From Gemmata obscuriglobus (GTDB taxonomy: Bacteria; Planctomycetota; Planctomycetia; Gemmatales; Gemmataceae), in NCBI RefSeq assembly GCF_008065095.1, contig NZ_CP042911.1, forward strand, positions 6,150,001 through 6,182,000: a stretch of 32,000 bases of DNA. Reading direction: 5' to 3'. Position numbers and translations under genes: made by a program. Under the pieces are notes generated by a model, which worked only from the letters and a program-made list of their open reading frames with translations, searched no databases and had not been told where the DNA came from. How positions within the stretch are numbered: position 1 is the stretch's first letter; each line of letters begins with the position of its first letter. Positions 17,977 to 25,213 of the stretch are shown in pieces.

Positions 17977-19329
17977 TCAGTACCGCAGGATGAAATCGAT
18001 CGTGAACCGGTAGCGGAAGAGGTCCTTCGGCCCCGCGAACGGGATCTCGAACGCGCCACCGAACTGCGCGTGCTCGTTCAGCTTCACGCGCCCGCCGAGG
18101 GCACCCGTCAGCAGCCCGTGCTTGGCCTGCCCGCCGAAGTTGATCAGGTCCCGCCCCTCGCTCCCGATGGTCGTCGTGGTGCCGCGGGTCGTGGTCAGGA
18201 ACCAGTTCAGCTCGGCCAGCGGGTAGAAATGGTGCTTGTTCAGGATGTCGAAGTCCAGGTGCGCGGACAGCCAGTAATAATCGCTCCGCTCGCTGTTCGT
18301 GGCGAACGAGTAGCCGGTGGTGATGATGCTGTTGAAGCTCCCGAGCCGCATGTCGCGGAGGAAGTTCTGGCCGTAGGTCACGTACGGCACGAGCGACAGC
18401 GACCCGGTGTCCTGGAACGCGCCCGACGAGCCGACCGGCAACTGGAACTGCAACCCGCCGGCCACCAGCGCGCCGTTCTCCTCGCCGCGGTAGAAGGTGT
18501 ACTTCGGCCCGAGCCAAAGTTCCGCGAACCCGGTTTCGTCGCCGAACCGGGAGTTGCCGTCGGGGTTCACCGTGATGCCGCCGAACTTGTGGAACACCAG
18601 CGACCAGCGGTCCGTGAACGCCACCCGCCCCTGCGCGCCGAAGAACGTGATGTGCCCGCCGCGGAAGTCCCGCTGGTCGGTCGGCACCTTCTGGTAAATG
18701 AACAGCGGGCGAAGCTCGGTTATCGACCGGGGGTCCTCCGCGAGGAACGGGTTACTGACCGGCGAGATGAACCCGTCGAACATGTGGTCGCCGCGGAACC
18801 ACCCGCCGTTGCGGCTCCCGAACACGCCCTCCAGCGCGTCCCCGAACTTCCACGACGACCGCTTCGGCGCCGGCAGCTTCTCGTCCTTACCCTTGTCCTT
18901 CAGATCCGAGCGCTTCGTGAGGAACTCGTTCACCGTGTCGGCCGTCGGCGTGGTGTACGCGGTCCGCGCGAGCGCCTTATCAACGAGCGCAGCGGGGACG
19001 GCCACCGCAGATTCGTCGGGCGCGGGGGTGCCGAACGTCGCGGCCACGACCGGGGCGCCGAACGCGGCCCCGCGACGGGGCTGGGGGTTAACGGGAGCGT
19101 CCACGAACCCGGTGGGCGTAAGGCTCGCCTCCGGCGCGACGCCAACCACCGCCACCGGCGCGCCGAGTACCGGAGCCGGCCGCGCGGCGCTGTGCGCGGA
19201 CCGAATCGGCGTCGAGCCGAGAGCCTCGGGCGGCGGCAGCGGCTCGAGTGGGCCGAGTGGCTGCGCGCCGGCCGGGCTCGCGGTCCCGACCGCCACCAAC
19301 GTCAGCGCGACCCACACCGCACGGGGCAT
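17977..19329 (-). CDS. Predicted outer-membrane beta-barrel protein (MetA/phenol-degradation-like transporter family, tentative)
   Basis: It has a signal peptide MPRAVWVALTLVAVGTASPAGAQ and a Pro/Ala-rich linker. An alternating-hydrophobic beta-rich body follows (LWLGPKYTFY, GLQFQLPVGSS, SLSLVPYVTYGQNF, YYWLSAHLDFDI). The C-terminus FTIDFILRY ends in an aromatic residue, as in OMP sorting signals. GGGAGG precedes the ATG at 19329. Confidence 0.6.
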   Translation of the reverse strand: MPRAVWVALTLVAVGTASPAGAQPLGPLEPLPPPEALGSTPIRSAHSAARPAPVLGAPVAVVGVAPEASLTPTGFVDAPVNPQPRRGAAFGAPVVAATFGTPAPDESAVAVPAALVDKALARTAYTTPTADTVNEFLTKRSDLKDKGKDEKLPAPKRSSWKFGDALEGVFGSRNGGWFRGDHMFDGFISPVSNPFLAEDPRSITELRPLFIYQKVPTDQRDFRGGHITFFGAQGRVAFTDRWSLVFHKFGGITVNPDGNSRFGDETGFAELWLGPKYTFYRGEENGALVAGGLQFQLPVGSSGAFQDTGSLSLVPYVTYGQNFLRDMRLGSFNSIITTGYSFATNSERSDYYWLSAHLDFDILNKHHFYPLAELNWFLTTTRGTTTTIGSEGRDLINFGGQAKHGLLTGALGGRVKLNEHAQFGGAFEIPFAGPKDLFRYRFTIDFILRY

Positions 19330-19614
19330 GTCCGACCTCCCGTCTCAGTCAGTGAGGAGTGAGGAATAAGGAAACCAACAACCTTGACCTTGCGAGGTTC
19401 GAAGCGCCCTTGGCCCCAACTCCTCACCTGTCCGCTCCTCACCGACTTCTGGCCCGCCCGATGGAGATCGGGCACCTCTTACAATCGGCCGAATCGGTCG
19501 ATCCGGTTGAATGCCTTCACCAGGAAATAACGACCAACTCGGCAAAGTCGCGAATATAAACCGGTTACGGACGCGCCGGTGCGGCGCTCTGGACCAGATT
19601 TTGAGGGGAAATCA

Positions 19615-20481
19615 ATGAAGCGGCGCACGGCGGTTCTGTTGCTCGCGGCGGTCGTGGCCGCGGGACTGCTCGGGGGCTTCGCGTCGGGCTGGTGGTCCGG
19701 CGGGCACGAGACCGTGGCGGCGGCCGCGGCGGCGCGACTGCCGGACGGGGTGCCGGAGTTCTTCCGGAACGGGGGCAAGCACCTCGCCCACTTCTCCGGC
19801 GATCCCGACCGCTGGAAGAACCGCGAGATGACGTTCCTCCGGCGCGCCGAGGAGGGCAACCACTTCCTCGACCTCGAAGACCTGGACGGCAAGAAGTACC
19901 CCGCCACGCACCGCTACGACGGGCTGAAGATGGTCTACGGCGAACTGAAGAAGGAGCCGAACAAGGTCGGGACGCTACCTTACGCGATCGTGGAGTACTA
20001 CGAGAAACTGACGGTGGGCTTCTACGACCACCGCAAGGCGCCCAAGGACACGTCGGTGCCGATGAAGTGCCTGGTGTACGGGGGCACGCTGGCGCACTAC
20101 ACCGGCGACGCCGCGATGCCGCTCCACACCACCCGCGACTTCGACGGGCGCAACCAGCCGGACGGCACCGTCAAGCAGAAGGGCATCCACGCCAAGGTCG
20201 ACGGCTTCCCCGAGAAGAACAAGATCACCCCCGAGGAGGTGTGCCGCGGGTTGGAAGCGAAGAAGATCGACAACGTCTGGGAGCACGTGAACACGTTCAT
20301 CGCGGAGTCGCACACCCACATCGCCAAGTGCTACGAGTTCGACGCCGCCGGCGCGCTCGACAAGCCGACCGACGAGAGCCGCGAGTTCATCCTGGGGCGG
20401 GTGCGGGCGGGCGCCCAACTGACCCTCGACCTGTGGTACACCGCGTGGCTCCGCAGCGAGAAACTCCCCAACCACTGGTGA
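19615..20481 (+). CDS. Secreted zinc hydrolase of the phospholipase C / S1-P1 nuclease superfamily
   Basis: From ATG 19615, preceded by GAGGGG, there is a signal/anchor MKRRTAVLLLAAVVAAGLLGG followed by WWSGGHE (W...GH start of the mature enzyme). HYTGDAAMPLH has H, D and H spaced +4 and +10, as in P1 nuclease H116/D120/H126. HAKVD has H and D spaced +4, as in H149/D153. Confidence 0.75.
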   Translation: MKRRTAVLLLAAVVAAGLLGGFASGWWSGGHETVAAAAAARLPDGVPEFFRNGGKHLAHFSGDPDRWKNREMTFLRRAEEGNHFLDLEDLDGKKYPATHRYDGLKMVYGELKKEPNKVGTLPYAIVEYYEKLTVGFYDHRKAPKDTSVPMKCLVYGGTLAHYTGDAAMPLHTTRDFDGRNQPDGTVKQKGIHAKVDGFPEKNKITPEEVCRGLEAKKIDNVWEHVNTFIAESHTHIAKCYEFDAAGALDKPTDESREFILGRVRAGAQLTLDLWYTAWLRSEKLPNHW

Positions 20482-20611
20482 GCGTGCGGTTCGGACACGA
20501 AGGGGCTTCGAGAATTGTGTCCGCTTCGGAGCGCGGGCGACCAGTTACTCGGGACCCGACAGTGATTTGCGCACGGAAAGGCCGTTAACTTCGACTATCG
20601 GCTTCGCCCCC

Positions 20612-20938
20612 TTACCCTTCCGGCAGCGGCGCGGCGCCGGGCGGGGGCGTTCCGTGCCCGGCCTTCACGTAATCCGCTCGCAACGCGGCGTACTCCTCGG
20701 GGGTGAGTGCGTCGAGTGTGTCTTCGGGCACCTCGACGCACGACGCGCACCCGCCCGCGGGCGGGGCGTGTTGCCGGAAGATCTGCTTCAAGAACGGAAT
20801 GCACCACCCGCACCCGGTCCCGGCGCCCCCGCACATCGAGAGCTGACTCGGCACCTTCGGCGCGTTATGTTTCACCCAGTTCACGAGCTTCCGGCGCGAG
20901 ACGTGGAAACAGTAACAGACTTTGTCGTCGAGATTCAT
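20612..20938 (-). CDS. BFD-like [2Fe-2S]-binding domain protein
   Basis: The 108-aa product from ATG 20938 is MNLDDKVCYCFHVSRRKLVNWVKH....MCGGAGTGCGWCIPFL. This is the C-x-C ... C-x2-C pattern of bacterioferritin-associated-ferredoxin-like domains. An extra CxxC (CASC) lies downstream. The remainder of track ORF 20612..21670 is antisense to the channel gene. Confidence 0.75.
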   Translation of the reverse strand: MNLDDKVCYCFHVSRRKLVNWVKHNAPKVPSQLSMCGGAGTGCGWCIPFLKQIFRQHAPPAGGCASCVEVPEDTLDALTPEEYAALRADYVKAGHGTPPPGAAPLPEG

Positions 20939-21029
20939 TAGTGCCGCCCGAATAGCCCGGTAGGATCGCCCCGGTACGCTCTTATTATCCGCGGTGCGGG
21001 CCGCGGGCCGCAACGGAAAGCGTGATCGT

Positions 21030-22946
21030 ATGGAACGGCCGGTGCTGCTGTGCGGGCTCGGGCGGGTCGGGTGGCGCGTCCTCGAATCGCTCCGCGCCGC
21101 CGGGCTGCCGGTCGTCGTGATCGACCTCAAGACCGAACCCGACGACCCGCGCCTCTGCGGCGCGACGGTGCTCAAGGGCGACTGCCGCCGGCACGAGTTG
21201 CTCGAACGGGCCGGGGTCAAAGAGGCCCGCGGGATCGTCATCGTGACGTCCGACGACCTGGTGAACATCTCGACGGCGCTGCTGGCCCGCAAGCTGAACC
21301 CGACCGCCCGGGTCGTCGTCCGGATGTTCAACCAGAACCTCATCACCCGGTTCGGCGGGGCGGTGAAGAACACCGTCGCACTGAGCGTCTCCGCGCTAAT
21401 CGCCCCGGTCATGGCGCTGACCGCGGTCACCGGCGACGCGCTCGGCGCGTTCCGGCTGGGGGACGGCCCCCGGCAGATCTCGGAACTGCTTGTCACGGAC
21501 GATTCGGAACTCGCGGGGCGGCCGGTCGCGGACCTCGCACTCCAGCACGGGTTCGCGCCGCTGGTGCTCACCCCCGCCGCCGGCAGCCCCGTTTTCCTCC
21601 ACGCCGTCAGCGGCCAGCGTGTGCTGTCGCCCGGGGACCGGCTCACCGTCACCGGCCGACCGGCCGACATCCAGCGCCTGGTTCAGCGGCTCCGCGGCGA
21701 CCGGTTCGCGGGTGTTCAGTGGGCCGGCGCACTGCGCCGGTGGCTCCGCACCGCCCGGCGCACCCTTCTGGAAGTGGACCTGGCGGTCAAGATCATCACC
21801 CCGGTGCTGTTCGGTACGCTGTTCGCCAGTACGCTCGTGTTCCGCTACGGGCTCGACACCGCGTGGGGCGACGGGCTGTACCAGACGGTCAGCATCATCG
21901 CGACCGGGGGCGACCTGCACGGCGAGAACCGGCCCGAGTGGGCGAAGGTGTTCATCAGCGTGCTGAAGCTGGCCGGCGCCGCCCTCATCGCCGGGTTCAC
22001 GGCCATCCTGACGAACTACCTCATCCGGGCGCGGCTGAAGGGCGCCCTGGAGGTGCGCCACGTCCCGGACGGGGGCCACATCGTCGTCTGCGGGCTGGGG
22101 AACGTGGGTTACCGGCTGGTGCAGGAGCTGATCGCGATGAACGAGCGCGTCGTCGCGATCGACAAGGTCGCCGACGGGCAGTTCCACGACACGGTGCGAC
22201 GGATGGGGGTGCCGGTGTTCGTGGGCGACGCGACCGTGCCGGAGGTGCTCGCGCAGACCCGCGCCGGCGCCGCGAAGGCCGTGATTGCGGCCACCGACAG
22301 CGAGCTGGGCAACATCGAGGTCGCGCTGCTGGTGCGCGAGATGAACGCGAAACAGCGGGTGGTGGTGCGGCTCACGGAACCGGAGTTCGCGGACGCGGTG
22401 CGCGAGGCCGCCGACATCCGGAACGCGATCTCGGCCCCGGCGCTGGCAGCCCCGGCGTTCGTGTCGGCCCTCTACGGCGACAGCGTTCAGGCACTGGTGC
22501 CCGTGGCCGGGCGGACGCTGGTGGTCGTCGATCTGGTCGTCAACGACGCCGACGACCACCTGAACGGCGCGTCGCTCCGCGCGTTCGTGCTCGACCACGA
22601 CCTGCTCCCGATCGCGCTCTCGGGGCGCGACCTCGCCGACGCCCGCGGGTACCGGCTGAAGGTCGGGGACAAGCTGACGGTGGTGGCCGAGCTGCCCGAC
22701 TACGAGCGGCTGCTGCGGTTCCAGCAGCCGCCGACGAACCACCGCGTGGTGGCGGAGTCGTGGCCGGCGACGGCGCGGGACGCGCTGGTGCCGCTGGTGT
22801 GCGTGAGCCGGCAGTGTTCGCGCGAGGAGGCGACGGCGCTGCTGCACGGCGGCGCGTTCACCGTGGCGGACGGGCTCACGTTCGGCGCGGCCCGCGAGCT
22901 GATCGAGTTGCTGGAGCGAGAGAAAGCCAAGGCGCGGCTCGTGTAA
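21030..22946 (+). CDS. Cation (K+-type) channel with RCK/TrkA-N domains on both sides of a 2-TM pore
   Basis: The product starts MERPVLLCGLGRVGWRVLESL (GxGxxG of RCK1), followed by a TrkA-C-like segment. TM1 is VKIITPVLFGTLFASTLVF, the pore loop is GLYQTVSIIATGGDLHG and TM2 is VFISVLKLAGAALIAGFTAILTNYL. A second RCK follows (IVVCGLGNVGYRLVQEL) plus a TrkA-C-like segment. GTG 20994 is an alternative start. Confidence 0.8.
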   Translation: MERPVLLCGLGRVGWRVLESLRAAGLPVVVIDLKTEPDDPRLCGATVLKGDCRRHELLERAGVKEARGIVIVTSDDLVNISTALLARKLNPTARVVVRMFNQNLITRFGGAVKNTVALSVSALIAPVMALTAVTGDALGAFRLGDGPRQISELLVTDDSELAGRPVADLALQHGFAPLVLTPAAGSPVFLHAVSGQRVLSPGDRLTVTGRPADIQRLVQRLRGDRFAGVQWAGALRRWLRTARRTLLEVDLAVKIITPVLFGTLFASTLVFRYGLDTAWGDGLYQTVSIIATGGDLHGENRPEWAKVFISVLKLAGAALIAGFTAILTNYLIRARLKGALEVRHVPDGGHIVVCGLGNVGYRLVQELIAMNERVVAIDKVADGQFHDTVRRMGVPVFVGDATVPEVLAQTRAGAAKAVIAATDSELGNIEVALLVREMNAKQRVVVRLTEPEFADAVREAADIRNAISAPALAAPAFVSALYGDSVQALVPVAGRTLVVVDLVVNDADDHLNGASLRAFVLDHDLLPIALSGRDLADARGYRLKVGDKLTVVAELPDYERLLRFQQPPTNHRVVAESWPATARDALVPLVCVSRQCSREEATALLHGGAFTVADGLTFGAARELIELLEREKAKARLV

Positions 22947-22969
22947 CGGCGGGCGCGTCCTTACACGAG
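22938..22969. terminator. 9-bp inverted repeat that embeds both convergent stop codons
   Basis: 22938-22946 CTCGTGTAA pairs with 22961-22969 TTACACGAG across a 14-nt GC-rich loop. Both proteins therefore end in ...LV-stop. Confidence 0.5.
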
Positions 22970-23866
22970 GGCGCGCACCGCCGCGCCGAGCAACAGCTTC
23001 GCCTTCGCGACCTTGCTCACCTCGGGCCGGCGCGCCCACACGTCGTACCCCTGCCGCTCGATCGCGTCCAGGATCGCTTCGCCGCCGCGGATGAACAAAT
23101 CCACGTCCACGCGGGCCGCGCGCGGCAGCAGCGGAAGCAGTGCGGCCCCCCGCGCGAAGTAGCCGCGGGCGCGAGACACCTCGAACCGCATCAGTTCAAG
23201 GAACTGTGGCGTACACCGCCGCGCGTCGAGGTCTTCGTCGGAGTAGCCGAACCGCGCGCGGTCCTCCGCCGGGAGGTACACTCGGCCGATGTCGAGGTCG
23301 CGCGCCACGTCCTGCCAGAAGTTCGCCAACTGGAGCCCGGTGCAGACCTCGTCCGACAGCGCGGCCCGCTCGGCGTCGAAGCACTCGAACAGCCGCAGCA
23401 CGAGGTGCCCCACCGGGTTCGCGGAGTTCGCGCAGTAACCCGCCAGTTGCTCGAACGTGTCGTACCGCTTCACCCGCTGGTCCTGCTCGAACGCCACGAG
23501 CAGCGCGAGGAACGGGTCCGGTGGGATGTCGAAGCGCCGAACGGTCTCGCGGAGGGCGAGCATCACGGGATGGCGCGGCTCGCCCTCGTAACAAGACATC
23601 AGCTCCCGGCGCCACCACGCGATGAGGTCGAGAGCGGTTTGCCCGCCGGCGGTCTCGTCGGCGAGGTCGTCGGACCAGCGGCAGTAGGCGTACACCGCGT
23701 GGAAGTGTTTGACGAGGCGCCGCGGCAGCAGCAGCGACACGACGGTGAAGTTCTCGTAGTGCGACCGGGCGACGCCCGCGCAGTACGCGCGGGCGTCGCT
23801 GAGGCGTAGCGCGGCGGGGGCGCCCGGCCCCCACCGCGCCAGCTCGCGTGCAAAATCCCAGGTCAT
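22961..23866 (-). CDS. hpnC: Squalene synthase HpnC (squalene/phytoene synthase family)
   Basis: SHYENFTVVSLLLPRRLVKHFHAVYAYCRWSDDLADE carries the HpnC-type N-terminal motif and the first Asp-rich motif. Further matches are HPVMLAL, ANSANPVGHLVL and LQLANFWQDVARDLDIGRVYLPAED. The product is 301 aa. Confidence 0.85.
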   Translation of the reverse strand: MTWDFARELARWGPGAPAALRLSDARAYCAGVARSHYENFTVVSLLLPRRLVKHFHAVYAYCRWSDDLADETAGGQTALDLIAWWRRELMSCYEGEPRHPVMLALRETVRRFDIPPDPFLALLVAFEQDQRVKRYDTFEQLAGYCANSANPVGHLVLRLFECFDAERAALSDEVCTGLQLANFWQDVARDLDIGRVYLPAEDRARFGYSDEDLDARRCTPQFLELMRFEVSRARGYFARGAALLPLLPRAARVDVDLFIRGGEAILDAIERQGYDVWARRPEVSKVAKAKLLLGAAVRALV

Positions 23867-25185
23867 TACTTCTTCGCTTCCAAAATGCGGATCTGCGTAC
23901 AGAGCCCGAACTTCAGCCCGTCGAGGTCGTACTCAGTTTCGGCATAGAACGCCCGGAACCCCTTTTCGGGCGCGGTCACCGTGGCCGGGAACTTCGCGGC
24001 CTTATCCTCGGCCCAGCGGGCCTTGCGGAAGTCGCGCGTTTCGGCCTCCGCCACCCAGACCCGCATCGCGACGGGCTTGGCGGCGGAGGTCACTTCGAGC
24101 CGGCACACGCCGGCCTTCTCGTCACACACCCACGACAGCTCTGGCATCTTCTGGTCGAACACCTGGCAGCGGCCGAACGCGGCCAGCGTGGCCACCGCCC
24201 GCATCGGGAGCAGCTCCTTCTTCCCGTCGGCGTCGACCTCGCGCAGGTCGTGGCCGGCGTTGGGCACGTACAGCACCCACTTGTCGCCCTTCAGGTCGCC
24301 CCAGTAGGAGTTAAGCGCGTCCAGCGGCCAGTACGGGTCGTTCGCCCCGTTGATGATCATCTTCGGCAGCGTGAGCTTCTCGCGGTACACCCACGGGTCC
24401 ACCATCTGCCACAACTTCTTCGCCTCCGGCGTGTCCGGGATCGGCACCAGCTTGCGCTCGGTGTAGTCCTTGATCATCTCGCTCGGCTTGCCGAACGCCG
24501 TGACCTGGTTCTTCATCTGCACCGGCATGTTCAGGGTGTCGATGACGATGGGCGCGATGGCCTTCACGCGCGGGTCGCCGGTGGCGGCCGTCAGCCACGA
24601 GGTCCACCCGCGCTTGGACGCGCCGGTCACCACGAACGACTTCACCTCCGTCTTCCACTCCTCCTTCGCGAACGCCTGTAGCGCGTCCATCGCCCGGACG
24701 ACGCTCTTGACCATCGGGAACAGCAGCGGCCAGGAGCCGTCCTTCGTGTCGAGGTACCGCACGAACGTCTCGGCGATCAGCGTGTCCTCGACTTTGCCCT
24801 CGAACAGCGGCTGTTTCGGCACCCCGTACAGGAACGCGACCGGGGCTTTAACCCCCGTCGCGATCTGGAGCCCCAGGACGCCGGACCCGGCGTTGGGCCG
24901 GCCGCCCTGGTTCCATAGCACCATCGTGGCCTGCGGCTTCGCCCCCTTCGGCACGAACACCTGTAGCTTGTGCTCCCACTTGATGCTCTGCCACGTCTGC
25001 GACACGAGGTCGAGTTCGTACACGGTGCCGGTGTCCGTGTCCTTCTTGTCCGCGAGCTTCCAGGAAAACGAGTCGTCCTTCTTGGTCACGTAATCGACCA
25101 GTTCGGTGGGCGGGGCCGGCACGTCCGGGGCCGCGGCGCCGAGGGCCGGGGTGACGAGCAGACCGAACAGCGTGAGCAGTCGCAA
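23866..25185 (-). CDS. PhoPQ-activated pathogenicity-related (PqaA-type) family protein, secreted alpha/beta-fold
   Basis: It has a signal peptide (M)RLLTLFGLLVTPALGAAAP. The family hallmark is VVTGASKRGWTSWLTAA, followed by NGANDPYW and NAGHD. The start is TTG at 25185 with GGAGA 6 nt upstream. Its TAA stop overlaps the hpnC ATG by 1 nt (TAATG). Confidence 0.8.
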   Translation of the reverse strand: MRLLTLFGLLVTPALGAAAPDVPAPPTELVDYVTKKDDSFSWKLADKKDTDTGTVYELDLVSQTWQSIKWEHKLQVFVPKGAKPQATMVLWNQGGRPNAGSGVLGLQIATGVKAPVAFLYGVPKQPLFEGKVEDTLIAETFVRYLDTKDGSWPLLFPMVKSVVRAMDALQAFAKEEWKTEVKSFVVTGASKRGWTSWLTAATGDPRVKAIAPIVIDTLNMPVQMKNQVTAFGKPSEMIKDYTERKLVPIPDTPEAKKLWQMVDPWVYREKLTLPKMIINGANDPYWPLDALNSYWGDLKGDKWVLYVPNAGHDLREVDADGKKELLPMRAVATLAAFGRCQVFDQKMPELSWVCDEKAGVCRLEVTSAAKPVAMRVWVAEAETRDFRKARWAEDKAAKFPATVTAPEKGFRAFYAETEYDLDGLKFGLCTQIRILEAKK

Positions 25186-25213
25186 GTGAGGTCTCCGTGA
25201 GAGTGTGGTCCGG

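Noticed and set aside
17869-19362. 497-aa plus-strand ORF over the outer-membrane-protein locus
   Set aside because: The composition is Arg/Glu/Pro-rich and repetitive, and there are no motifs. The minus-strand frame has a signal peptide, beta-barrel-like periodicity, a C-terminal aromatic residue and a good Shine-Dalgarno sequence.
19345-19559. Two mirror 66-aa ORFs in the OMP/nuclease divergent intergenic region
   Set aside because: The segment is low in GC and promoter-like. There is no codon bias, ribosome-binding site or motif.
21050-23809. 919-aa plus-strand ORF and 547-aa minus-strand ORF (21396..23039) across the channel and hpnC genes
   Set aside because: These are frame-shifted or antisense artefacts of GC-rich DNA with Arg/Gly/Pro-rich translations. 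The real frames carry clear RCK/pore motifs and HpnC motifs.
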